Shown: piece by piece, positions 1 to 9,013 of the stretch
Position numbering within the stretch: position 1 is the stretch's first letter
How the letters are laid out: each line of letters opens with the position of its first letter
NCBI GenBank assembly: GCA_031410335.1
Contig: JANNYZ010000030.1
Span: 543 to 64,542, forward strand
Direction of reading: 5' to 3'
Source of the DNA: Polaromonas sp.
GTDB lineage: Bacteria; Pseudomonadota; Gammaproteobacteria; Burkholderiales; Burkholderiaceae_C
DNA: 64,000 nt
The notes under the pieces: model-generated
Seen by the model: the letters and a program-made list of their open reading frames with translations, nothing else
Told to the model about the DNA's origin: nothing
Databases searched by the model: none
Position numbers and translations under genes: made by a program

Positions 1-2
1 CT

Positions 3-242
3 GAAGCGCAGCAGTTCCTGGACTTTTTAAACGACTGGACGCGCCTGACCACGCTGCTCAATGAAATGTCGCGCAGCATGGGGCAGCCTGATTTTTACCC
101 GTTTGTGTTGCCACGCGTGGTGGTGGCCAAGCTGCACTTCATTCATTTGCTGGTCACATCGGGTGGCAGCCCACCGCCAGCAACTGCCGAACTGGATGCG
201 GTGCAGGCGCAGACTCAGAGTCAACTTCAAATCGCTATTTAA
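3..242 (+). CDS. 3' end of a putative zinc-binding metallopeptidase (DUF2248/Peptidase_Mx-like), truncated by the window start
   Basis: Hand translation of frame 3 (absent from the ORF track): ...WTRLTTLLNEMSRSMGQPDFYPFVLPRVVVAKLHFIHLLV...QIAI*. LN-x-x-RSMG-x-x-D-x-YPFVL...KL-x-FIH is the C-terminal signature I recall for this family. Confidence 0.65.
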   Translation, partial: EAQQFLDFLNDWTRLTTLLNEMSRSMGQPDFYPFVLPRVVVAKLHFIHLLVTSGGSPPPATAELDAVQAQTQSQLQIAI

Positions 243-287
243 TCAATAGCTGCTCACGCACGTATCTATTGGCTTGGAGCCATAAAT
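234..287 (+). repeat. Dispersed ~55-bp repeat, copy 1
   Basis: GCTAT-TTAATCA-ATAGC head followed by TGCTCACGCACGTATCTATTGGCTTGGAGCC. Shares an exact 19-mer (GCACGTATCTATTGGCTTG) with the copy at 30.75-30.80 kb. Confidence 0.8.
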
Positions 288-294
288 AAGCATT

Positions 295-310
295 AAAAAG
301 GCCTTTTTTT
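295..310. terminator. Possible bidirectional intrinsic terminator between convergent genes
   Basis: Perfect palindrome AAAAAGGCCTTTTT (295-308) with A and T tracts; the GC stem is very short. Confidence 0.3.
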
Positions 311-380
311 CTCAAAATAAAGGCTCAAAACAAGCTGTCAAGGCTCCGGTGAGACGGCCATCGCCAGTTCTGCAAGCGTT

Positions 381-2909
381 TCAAACCGTTTCCAGTTCGC
401 CCTGAATATCAGCTTGCTGCACAGAGTCTTGTGCTGAAAGGTGTTGCGCCGTAGCACTGAGCGTTACCGCATCCAGCGCCTGCGCCACCACGCCCTGGGT
501 ATCCACAGGCCGGAGCAGCCGCTGCGCAATCAGTTTTTCGCAGCTGCGTTTGGTCATTGAATGGGGTCGCCCGCCATGGCTGATGAACATGAACAGCGTG
601 CCATGGCTGCTGGCCCACACCAGCTGGGCGCGCAGCCACTGGCGTTTGGAATACAAGTCCACCCAGCGGCCTGTTCGCAGGCTTTGCAAGACAAGCGAGG
701 CCTGCTCTTTGGCGTCAGGCGCGTTGTGGTCGAGTGTTAGTAATTCGGGCGTTGGTTCAAGCTCCGCTTCGGCGTCCCGGTTTTCCTCAACTGTCCGGTC
801 ATCCATCAGCTCGTCGCTGCCCAGCTCGGCAGGTGCCGTCGGCTGCGTGTCTTCAAAGCCCGCAGCGTCGAGGTCATTGCGGCCCATCCACAACGGCGCG
901 TCTCCTTTAGCGCGCAGTTTCTCCAGCCGCTCGGCGGGGCTGACGGGTGCTTCTTCGGGTTCCAGCAGCGCTGCGCTTGATTCTTGAGCGTCGCGCTGGC
1001 TTTTGAGCCGCCTCAGCTTGAGCACCGGGCGGTGCAGTTTCATCAGGGATTCAAAAAATGCTTCGTTCTCTTTCGGGTCCTGGCCCAGCAACGCCAAGCC
1101 GCTGTGCAGCTTGTCCAGCAGGCCAGGAATCATCTCAATCAGTTTGGCAGGCTGCTTGAGGGTTACGTCGCGTTTGACGCTCCACACCAAATCAGGCACC
1201 ACCGAGCCATAGCCCTCGGGGTCAATCTGGTTGCGGGTGTCCGTCAGCCGGGCGTGGGCCATGGCCAGTGCCCAGGGGCCAAACAAAAAGTCCAGCACCC
1301 TGCCGGGTACTTTTTCCAGGTCAGACCGGGCGCTCAGGTCAAACGCAATCTGGTCCGCTGTGCTTTGGCGCTCTTCTGCAAAACGCAGCGCCTGCAAGAC
1401 CTGCTGGCGTCTTTCAAAGTCCTGCTGGTCTTGCGTAGCCCAGGTTTGCTCCAGCGCGGCCAGCGCCATGCCGAAAGGCTGAATGTCGTCAATCGCGCTG
1501 GCATTGAGCTGCTTGAAGCTGCTGCTGATGTCCTGAAAAAACGCGGCGAATTCAGGGCTGAACTCGTCGTTGTATTTGAAGCTGCGCTGAGCCACCCGCT
1601 CCATTAACTGGCGGCCTGCATGACGATCGTCGCTAAAAAAGCGTGGGTCGACCAGCGCCAGCCGCAGCAGCGACGGTTCCAGTGCCACGATGGCCTCACG
1701 CACCGGCGCCAACAGGCGTGGGTCTTGCGCCACCTGGTTAACAAGCTGGCGCACCACGTCCAGACCCAGCGCCTGACTGACTTTGGTGGCTTCTTTTTTG
1801 AGCTGTGTGCGTACCAGGCTGCGTGCACGTGATGTGCCGTACGGGCCCCACACCTGTTCGCTCAAGGGCGTGGACGCATCGACTGCGCGCTGCGGCCTGT
1901 CCACCGCAGGGATGCGCGCCAGCCGTTCCTGCGCGGCGGCTGAAAAGGGCGCGGCGCTGGACGCAGGTGCGGCTTTCAGGTCGGCCAGTTCCTGCTCAAT
2001 GTTGTCATAGTAGGGCGCAGCCAGGGCAGGGTCCGGGCGTTGGTGATGACCGCGAAAGTCAGGTGACAAAAAGTCCTGCAAAAGCCGCGCTTTGAGATGC
2101 TCGTCCGACAGGTCAGACTCAATGTATGGTGGCTTCGCTGATGCGTTGCCCGCGCTGCCCATGACCAGGTCACCAGGCCTGTCGGTCAGCTGATGAGACT
2201 GGCTGAAGTCTGATTTGGGGGCTGTTTTGGGCGCTACAGCCTGCACGCGAAACTGGTAGCCGGCCGAGCGAATCTGGGCCTGCTTCAGGGTCTGGGTGCA
2301 TTGGCGATAAATTTTGTCCAGTTCCTCGCCCAATGGCTTTGCCAGCAGGCCAAACGACAAACTGGTGGCTGCGTTGTCTTCCACAGTGACTGTCATCAGG
2401 CCTTGCAGGAGGCGGGCCATCACAGCAGGCCTCAGAGGATTGCGCTCAGGGGCTACATAGCCCAAGCCCATGGCCGAGCAAACCAGCGGATCGAGTTCGG
2501 CCAGAGCCTGCTCCACCACGGGCATCAGGTCTTGCAGCAGGCGCTGGCCGCGAATCACCTGAGTCATGTCGTCTTCAGCGACCAGACCTACCGCATCCAT
2601 CTTGAAACGGCCTGAGACTGCGGGCCGCGCAGGCAGCACTTGACGGTCGGCTGCATTGGCCTCTTTTGAAATCGCCTGGTTCAGTTCTGCCAGCAGGCTC
2701 TCGGCAAAGCGGGCGGGCCATTCGGTTTTGCGGGCATCGAGGTAGCGCCAGCTGTTGCCAAGCGCATCACGTTCGTTCACCTGCATGCAGCGTATTTCGC
2801 TGGTTTGCAGCTCTGCAATGGCACGCACCATGCAGCGCTCGAGTGCCGGCCGGGCTGCGCTGGCGGCGTCCTGAAAGCATTGCAGTAGCAGGTCGGGGTG
2901 TGCGGTCAT
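381..2909 (-). CDS. DUF1631 family protein
   Basis: 842-aa largely helical ORF: LAELDPLV...NPLRP, IVALEPSLLRLALVDPRFFSD-x-x-HAGRQL, and C-terminal GRWVDL...AQLVWAS-x-x-GTLFMF typical of DUF1631. Confidence 0.8.
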   Translation of the reverse strand: MTAHPDLLLQCFQDAASAARPALERCMVRAIAELQTSEIRCMQVNERDALGNSWRYLDARKTEWPARFAESLLAELNQAISKEANAADRQVLPARPAVSGRFKMDAVGLVAEDDMTQVIRGQRLLQDLMPVVEQALAELDPLVCSAMGLGYVAPERNPLRPAVMARLLQGLMTVTVEDNAATSLSFGLLAKPLGEELDKIYRQCTQTLKQAQIRSAGYQFRVQAVAPKTAPKSDFSQSHQLTDRPGDLVMGSAGNASAKPPYIESDLSDEHLKARLLQDFLSPDFRGHHQRPDPALAAPYYDNIEQELADLKAAPASSAAPFSAAAQERLARIPAVDRPQRAVDASTPLSEQVWGPYGTSRARSLVRTQLKKEATKVSQALGLDVVRQLVNQVAQDPRLLAPVREAIVALEPSLLRLALVDPRFFSDDRHAGRQLMERVAQRSFKYNDEFSPEFAAFFQDISSSFKQLNASAIDDIQPFGMALAALEQTWATQDQQDFERRQQVLQALRFAEERQSTADQIAFDLSARSDLEKVPGRVLDFLFGPWALAMAHARLTDTRNQIDPEGYGSVVPDLVWSVKRDVTLKQPAKLIEMIPGLLDKLHSGLALLGQDPKENEAFFESLMKLHRPVLKLRRLKSQRDAQESSAALLEPEEAPVSPAERLEKLRAKGDAPLWMGRNDLDAAGFEDTQPTAPAELGSDELMDDRTVEENRDAEAELEPTPELLTLDHNAPDAKEQASLVLQSLRTGRWVDLYSKRQWLRAQLVWASSHGTLFMFISHGGRPHSMTKRSCEKLIAQRLLRPVDTQGVVAQALDAVTLSATAQHLSAQDSVQQADIQGELETV

Positions 2910-3021
2910 GAGGGGCGAACGTCGGTTGTCGGCTATCTAGAGTAGCGAGCAATGATGCAAAACCGCCCATCTTCTGCAAACTCTTTCAACGCTTGCGATT
3001 GCACACACTTTTTATGGGACC

Positions 3022-3558
3022 TTAACGGTCCGCGCTGTGCAAAACCCAAGGCGTTGCCAGTACGGCCAGCAAACGAATGAGTGCAATATCGCTCGGTAGC
3101 CACTGTGCGCAACCACCGAGTACATTGAACGTTGCGGCGCAACGACCGTCGATCAGAAGCGGAACATTGACCACGCTATGCAGGCCCAGCGCCATGATGC
3201 GCGCGTGGTCGTCAAACGCCTGCGCAAGCGCAGCATCACCTTCACCCACAAAAACGTCATGATGCAGGAGCAGTTGGCGTGACCAGGGTGTCAGCGTTTT
3301 ACGCTTCAGCCCCGCCACTGGATATGCGTGCAAGTTGGATGACCACAGGCGCTGCAGCTCAAACCCGTCCGCGTTGGCAGGCAGCGTGCAGACCTTGTTG
3401 ACAGTTAACAGTCCATCGCCCAGCATGGCCTGCCGTACGCGTTCGATCACTGCCAGTGCGGCATCAAAACTACTGGAGCGGGGTAGCGCCTCGCATAGCA
3501 AGACACATACTGCAGCCGGGAGTCGCAGGTCTTCTGATGCTGGATCTGCTTTGTTCAC
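3022..3558 (-). CDS. Stand-alone GAF domain protein
   Basis: 178 aa; LWSSNLHAYPVAGLKRK...FDDHARIMALGLHSVVNVPL...ATFNVL is GAF-like. Starts 7 nt after the Bug gene stop. Confidence 0.7.
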   Translation of the reverse strand: MNKADPASEDLRLPAAVCVLLCEALPRSSSFDAALAVIERVRQAMLGDGLLTVNKVCTLPANADGFELQRLWSSNLHAYPVAGLKRKTLTPWSRQLLLHHDVFVGEGDAALAQAFDDHARIMALGLHSVVNVPLLIDGRCAATFNVLGGCAQWLPSDIALIRLLAVLATPWVLHSADR

Positions 3559-3564
3559 TTCGTC

Positions 3565-4551
3565 TTACTCGTTTTTGATACCCAACTCACGGATGACTTT
3601 GCCGTAGCGGTCTGCGTCACGCTGCAATACGCCTGCAAAGTCTTGCGGTGTGCTTCGCACCACCTCAACGCCAATGGCGTCCATGCGCAATTTGATGTCG
3701 GGTGAAGCCATGACTTTGTTGATTTCGGCATTCAGCCTGCTGGCCAAATCTCTGGGCAAACCAACAGGTCCAAAAGCGCCGTACCAAACGCTCATCTCGT
3801 AGCCTGGCAAGGCCTCGCCTACTGTCGGTGTATCAGGCAGCAGGGCCGATCTTTTAGACTCTGTCACGGCCAGCAGGCGCAGCTTGCCTGTCTTGACATG
3901 CGGCAGCGTTTGCGTGCCGGCAGAAAACAGCACCTGGGTCTGATTGCCCACCGTGTCGAGCACGGCAGGTGCCCCGCCTTTGTACGGCACATGCAGCATT
4001 TCAATACCTGCGGCTTTTTCAAACAGCACCGCGGCAAGGTGGTTGGTTGAGCCAGCACCGGCTGACGCGTAGGCCAGCTTGCCCGGGTTGGCTTTGGCGT
4101 AGGAAATGAATTCTTTGACTGTTTTAACAGGCACGGATGGGTTGACGACCATGGTGTTGACCACGTTGGCAATCTGTGCAATCGGAGTGAAGTCGTCAAC
4201 CCCTTTAAAAGGCATGTTGGGCATGAGTGCCGGGTTCATGGCGTGCGTGCTCATGGAGCCGACCAGCAACGTGTACCCGTCTGGCTTGGCTTTGGCCACC
4301 ATGTTCGAGCCAATATTGCCCGAAGCGCCCGCCTTGTTGTCAACAATGACGGTTTGGCCCAGCGACTTGGTCAGTTGCTCACTGAGCGTACGGGCCAAAA
4401 TATCGGTCGAGCCACCAGGCGCCCACGGCACGATGAGGGTGATCGTGCTTTCGGGCCAGGCAGCGTGTGCCCACGGCGAAACGCTGCCCATCAAGGTGGC
4501 CGCAGAGGCCAGCATGGCATGGCGACGAGTGACTGAAAAAGAAGGCGACAT
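3565..4551 (-). CDS. Bug/TctC tripartite tricarboxylate transporter substrate-binding protein
   Basis: Signal peptide, PWAPGGSTDILAR, VDNKAGASGNIG, YASAGAGSTNHL, HVPYKGGAPA. Confidence 0.95.
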   Translation of the reverse strand: MSPSFSVTRRHAMLASAATLMGSVSPWAHAAWPESTITLIVPWAPGGSTDILARTLSEQLTKSLGQTVIVDNKAGASGNIGSNMVAKAKPDGYTLLVGSMSTHAMNPALMPNMPFKGVDDFTPIAQIANVVNTMVVNPSVPVKTVKEFISYAKANPGKLAYASAGAGSTNHLAAVLFEKAAGIEMLHVPYKGGAPAVLDTVGNQTQVLFSAGTQTLPHVKTGKLRLLAVTESKRSALLPDTPTVGEALPGYEMSVWYGAFGPVGLPRDLASRLNAEINKVMASPDIKLRMDAIGVEVVRSTPQDFAGVLQRDADRYGKVIRELGIKNE

Positions 4552-4605
4552 CGTAAAACTCCTTGGTTTGAGAATAATGTGTTTGTTGACTCAGGTCGAT
4601 GAGAA

Positions 4606-6441
4606 CTAGCGCCCCACCGCATAGCCCTGCATGCCGCGCGGATTGGCGGCTGCCCGCAGCACGAGCCGGCCCTGCGCATCACGGCTGCGGCTGCAAGCCG
4701 ACAGGCGACTTTCAGACCAGGGTTCTCCGACTTTCACGTCATGCCCGGCGGCGCGCAGCTCGTCCAGTACCGCAGGCGAAAAACGCGACTCAATCGTCAA
4801 GCGGTTAAGCGCTGTCGAACGCGGCCAAAAAGACGAGGGTCCGTGGTCTACATGCCAGGCGGGTGCGTCGATGGCCTCCTGCAGGTTCATGCCGTGCACT
4901 GCGTGACGCAGAAAAAATGCGGCAGACCACTGGTCTTGCTGGTCGCCACCCGGCGTGCCAAACACCATGTAGGGCTCACCATCACGCAAGGCAAGCGTCG
5001 GCGACAGCGTGGTGCACGGTGCAACGCCAGGGGCAAGGCTGTTGGGCAGACCGTCATCGAGCCAGGTCATTTGCAGGCGGGTGTTGATGGCAAAGCCAAG
5101 TGCGGGCACCACCGGGCTGGACGACAACCAGCCGCCTGATGGCGTCACGGCCACCATGTTGCCGTCCTTGTCGATGACATCAATGTGGCAGGTATCGCCC
5201 ACAAACACTTCGCGCTCGGCCCATTCGGACACGGGCGGAAGTGCTGCAAATGTAGGCTCACCGATGCCAAAGCGGGTGTCTGCCGTCAGCAGTGTGCGCA
5301 GGCTCACATCAAGGTCGGGCAGGCGCGCTGCGTTGGCGTTGGGGGTGCCCGGTTGCAGCCCTTGTGAGGCACGTTGGCCAACACCTTGCCAGCGTTTGAG
5401 CAGATAGTCATTCGACAACAACGCCGTCTGGTCTTGCGCCGACGACTCCAGCGCAGTGCCATACCAAGCCAGCCGGTCGGCCAGTGCCAGCTTCGCAGCT
5501 TCTGCAATGCGGTGTACAAACCCGGCGCTGTCAGGTGCGTGGTTTTCAAGCCCCGCATGTTTGAGCATGCCCAGTTGCTCCAGCAGGGTTGGCCCCTGGC
5601 TCCAGAAGCCGCATTTGGCCAGCGTGTAGCGACCAAAATCAAGGCACAAGGGCGCTTCAACTTTTGTTTGCCAGCGCGCCATGTCTTCATAGCGCAGCAG
5701 GCCGCTGTGCGCTTGCCCTGTACCGTCCATGATTTTTTCAGTGCGGTAAAAATGATCAATTTCTTTGGCCACAAAACCCTGGTACCAGGCTGTGCTGGCG
5801 GCATCAATCACTTCACTGCGGGTTGAGCCTTCACTTTGGGCAAGCTTAATTAACTTCTCATACGTGGCCGCCAGAGCAGGCTGCGTGAACAATGCGCCGG
5901 GTGCGGGGACTTTGCCATCAGGCAGCCAGACCCTTGCTGATGACGGCCACTGCTGTCTGAACAATTCTTGCACCGCTACGATGGCCTGCACGGCGCGCCC
6001 AATGAGTGGATAGCCATCACGTGCATAACCAATTGCAGGAGCCAGCACATCGGCCAGTGACCAAGTGCCGTGGTCACGCAACAGCGTCATCCAGGCGCCG
6101 AAAGCGCCGGGTACGGTGGCTGGCAGCAGGCCAAGGCCGGGCACTTGCTCCAGGCCCATGGCGCGAAAGGCCGCGCTGCTCGCAGCCATGGGAGCAACGC
6201 CCTGGCCACACACCGACAGCATCCGTTTTTCGCGCTCGCTCCATAGCAACATGGGCGCTTCGCCTCCCGGGCCATTCAGATGCGGTTCCACTACCTGAAG
6301 CACGAAGCCGCCTGCCACCGCTGCGTCAAAGGCATTGCCGCCACGCTCGAGCACACCCATGGCAGTTTGTGAGGCTAGCCAGTGCGTGGACGCGGCAACG
6401 CCAAAGGTGCCAGTGATCTCGGGGCGGGTGGTGAAACGCAT
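4606..6441 (-). CDS. Gamma-glutamyltransferase-family Ntn hydrolase (cytoplasmic)
   Basis: Start placed at the ATG at 6441 (MRFTTRPEITGTFG); GGNAFDAA motif, nucleophile Thr in GDTCHIDVIDKDGN, FGTPGGDQQDQW. No signal peptide. Confidence 0.9.
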   Translation of the reverse strand: MRFTTRPEITGTFGVAASTHWLASQTAMGVLERGGNAFDAAVAGGFVLQVVEPHLNGPGGEAPMLLWSEREKRMLSVCGQGVAPMAASSAAFRAMGLEQVPGLGLLPATVPGAFGAWMTLLRDHGTWSLADVLAPAIGYARDGYPLIGRAVQAIVAVQELFRQQWPSSARVWLPDGKVPAPGALFTQPALAATYEKLIKLAQSEGSTRSEVIDAASTAWYQGFVAKEIDHFYRTEKIMDGTGQAHSGLLRYEDMARWQTKVEAPLCLDFGRYTLAKCGFWSQGPTLLEQLGMLKHAGLENHAPDSAGFVHRIAEAAKLALADRLAWYGTALESSAQDQTALLSNDYLLKRWQGVGQRASQGLQPGTPNANAARLPDLDVSLRTLLTADTRFGIGEPTFAALPPVSEWAEREVFVGDTCHIDVIDKDGNMVAVTPSGGWLSSSPVVPALGFAINTRLQMTWLDDGLPNSLAPGVAPCTTLSPTLALRDGEPYMVFGTPGGDQQDQWSAAFFLRHAVHGMNLQEAIDAPAWHVDHGPSSFWPRSTALNRLTIESRFSPAVLDELRAAGHDVKVGEPWSESRLSACSRSRDAQGRLVLRAAANPRGMQGYAVGR

Positions 6442-6499
6442 AGGATGGGACGACAGTAGGAAGTGATGCCGCCAGGCTCTGTCAGTGTACTTACGAAAT

Positions 6500-7921
6500 T
6501 CAGTGCATGGCATCTCTTAACCGCGCAAACACCTTCCAGAACGCCGCATCCTGGGTGGTGGCAAAGTTGATCCGCATCAATGTTCCGGGCTGCTGGGTAC
6601 TGTGAAACAAGGCACCGGGCGCCAGCAAATAGCCCTCGTCCAGCATGCGCTGGGCCAGCGCCTCGGTGTCGGTTCCCGTATCAACCCAGCCGAAAAGACC
6701 TGCGGGTTCTGCGGCAAAGGTGCAGCCGTGCGCCAGCGCCAGCCGGGCCGACCGGGCCCTGGCAACGTCCAGCCGGTTGCGAATTCGCTCTGCGTGGCGG
6801 CGCAACTGGCCTTGGTCAATACACCAGGCCAGTGCTTTTTCAAGCAACGCGGGCGTGGTCAGCGAGGCTAGCAGTTTGGTGTCGAGCAGGCGCTCAAACA
6901 GATGGGTGGGCGCGGCGATGTAGCCTACCCGCCAGCCAGGCGCCAGTATTTTGGCGAAACCGCTGACGTAAATCGTGCGCTGCAGACCGTCCAGCGCGCA
7001 CAGACGGGTGGCGTGCTCGGCCGCCAGGTGGCTGTAGGTGTCGTCTTCCAGAATATGAAAGTCATGCAGGGCGGCCAGCTGAAGCACACGGTGGGCGCTG
7101 CCGGGGGTGAGGCAATAGCCGGTGGGGTTGTGCAGCACGCTGACGCTGACAAACAGCTTGGGCGCATGCAGTTTGCAGTAGCTCGCCATCACGTCGAGGT
7201 CAGGCCCGGCAGCAGTGCGCGGCACCGGCAAAATGCGCATGCCCAGTGCATTGAGCCGCGCAAATTCAATCGCCCAGCCCGGCTCTTCCACCATCACGAA
7301 GTCGCCAGCGCGCAGCAGGGTGCGGCTGACAATGTCCAGCGCATGGGTGGCGCCGACGGTGGTGATGATCTGCTCGGGCGCGGCGTGAATGTTCAGGGCA
7401 TCCAGCTTTTTTGACAAGGCGCGGCGCAGGCCGCTGTCGCCCGCAGGCTCGCCATAGTGCAGCGACAGGTCATGAAGTGCCTTGGCGCCGGTGTAACGCC
7501 GCACGGCAGAGGCTAAAAACGTGGTCTGCAGCCAGTCGGACGGAAACACGCCCATGCCGGGCTGCGGCTTGGTACTGACACCATGAAACATGCCGCGAAT
7601 AAGCGCCGTGGCGTTGATGGGGTTGTGCTGGGGCGGGGAGTTGTCTGCTATTGAATCAGGAGCTGGTCGCGCATGATTTTGTTGGTCTGCAGCTATATTT
7701 CGCACATAAAAACCACGGTTTTTGCGGGCTTCAACAAGGCCTTGAGCCAGCAACTGGTCATAGGCGGCCACCACGGTGGATGCGCTCACGCCCTGCTGCT
7801 CGGCGCATTGGCGTACTGATGGCAGGCGCGCGCCGCTGGCCAGCAGCCTGCTTTTGATGCGTTCGGCAAAGCGGTTGGCCAGTTGCTCGGTCAGCGACTG
7901 GGAGGCGGTTCTCATTAGCAT
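6500..7921 (-). CDS. MocR/GabR-type GntR regulator (wHTH plus PLP aminotransferase-like domain)
   Basis: RLPSVRQCA...VSASTVVAAYDQL wHTH; LHNPTG, EDDTY, SGFAKILAPGWRVGY. Confidence 0.95.
   Translation of the reverse strand: MLMRTASQSLTEQLANRFAERIKSRLLASGARLPSVRQCAEQQGVSASTVVAAYDQLLAQGLVEARKNRGFYVRNIAADQQNHARPAPDSIADNSPPQHNPINATALIRGMFHGVSTKPQPGMGVFPSDWLQTTFLASAVRRYTGAKALHDLSLHYGEPAGDSGLRRALSKKLDALNIHAAPEQIITTVGATHALDIVSRTLLRAGDFVMVEEPGWAIEFARLNALGMRILPVPRTAAGPDLDVMASYCKLHAPKLFVSVSVLHNPTGYCLTPGSAHRVLQLAALHDFHILEDDTYSHLAAEHATRLCALDGLQRTIYVSGFAKILAPGWRVGYIAAPTHLFERLLDTKLLASLTTPALLEKALAWCIDQGQLRRHAERIRNRLDVARARSARLALAHGCTFAAEPAGLFGWVDTGTDTEALAQRMLDEGYLLAPGALFHSTQQPGTLMRINFATTQDAAFWKVFARLRDAMH
7647..7698 (+). 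repeat. Dispersed repeat, copy 2, inside the MocR interdomain linker (antisense to the gene)
   Basis: GCTAT-TGAATCA-GGAGC-TGGTCGCGCATGATTTTGTTGGTCTGCAGC matches the repeat consensus. Confidence 0.65.
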
Positions 7922-7954
7922 AAGGCTGTCCTTTCAGGCTGGGATTGCTCGCCG

Positions 7955-8009
7955 TGTATCGCTATCTCCACCAGCACAGTTTTGATAAATGTATCTCGAA
8001 CTGTATTGG
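7955..8009. promoter_or_regulatory. Candidate MocR operator in the divergent promoter
   Basis: TGTATC (7955, 7990) and TGTATT (8002) direct repeats, plus imperfect inverted repeat CCAGCACAG (7971-7979)-N21-CTGTATTGG (8001-8009). Confidence 0.35.
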
Positions 8010-8042
8010 TAGTGTGTTGATAACAACTATAAAGTCAAACCC

Positions 8043-9011
8043 ATGAACGGGCAACTCCCTCACCTGACCGGCGCTGACCGCATGACAACAGAAGCGGTCA
8101 AGGCTGCGGCTATCTCCAAAGGCCTGTGGATGGGCTTTCTGGGCATTGTGATTTTTTCAGTCACTCTGCCCATGACGCGGCTGGCTGTGGGCACGCCTGA
8201 AGCACCTCAAATGTCGGGCCTGTTTATCGCCATGGGGCGAGCCACGGTGGCGGCCGTGTTGTCCGCTGCGCTATTATTTTTTACCCGCGCGCCCTGGCCT
8301 GCGCGTGCTGACTGGCTGCCACTGGCCGTGACTGCTGGTGGGGTGGTGTTTGGTTTTCCGCTGCTGACCTCTGTGGCCATGCGTCATGTCGAGGCCATGC
8401 ATGCCAGCGTGATAGTGGGGGTGCTGCCGCTGGCCACTGCTGCGGTGGGCGCGTTGCTGCATCGCCAGCGGCCATCGACCGGCTTCTGGCTTTGTGCAGC
8501 AGTGGGCAGCGCGCTGGTGGTGGTGTTTGCGGTGCTGCGGTCGGGTCAGGCAAGCAGCATGATTGCCATCAGTTTTGCAGACTTGCTTTTGCTGGCGGCC
8601 ATGCTGTGCGCAGCGGTAGGTTACTGCTATGGGGGAAAGCTGGCAGGCCACATGCGCGCTGAGCATGTGATTTGCTGGGCGCTGTTGCTGTCCTTGCCGC
8701 TAACCCTGCCGCTGGCTGTGCTGTCCTGGCCCGATCATGCAGTCAAGCCAATAGCCTGGCTGGGCTTTGCTTACCTGGCTGTATTCTCCATGTGGCTGGG
8801 ATTTTTTGCCTGGTACCGTGGGCTGGCGCTGGGCGGCGCGGTACGGGTCAGTCAGGTGCAATTGGTGCAGCCGTTTTTGTCCATGTTGTTTGCGGTGCCC
8901 TTGCTTGGCGAAAAGCTTGATGCGGTCACTTCTGGTTTTGGTCTGGCAGTCATTGCCACCGTTTTTATCGGCAGAAAGATGCCGGTGGGTACGTCAAATG
9001 GAAGGAAATAA
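8043..9011 (+). CDS. DMT/EamA family transporter
   Basis: About 10 hydrophobic segments in two repeats; FSVTLPMTR, VSQVQLVQPF. The start may be 8082. Confidence 0.9.
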   Translation: MNGQLPHLTGADRMTTEAVKAAAISKGLWMGFLGIVIFSVTLPMTRLAVGTPEAPQMSGLFIAMGRATVAAVLSAALLFFTRAPWPARADWLPLAVTAGGVVFGFPLLTSVAMRHVEAMHASVIVGVLPLATAAVGALLHRQRPSTGFWLCAAVGSALVVVFAVLRSGQASSMIAISFADLLLLAAMLCAAVGYCYGGKLAGHMRAEHVICWALLLSLPLTLPLAVLSWPDHAVKPIAWLGFAYLAVFSMWLGFFAWYRGLALGGAVRVSQVQLVQPFLSMLFAVPLLGEKLDAVTSGFGLAVIATVFIGRKMPVGTSNGRK

Positions 9012-9013
9012 AA

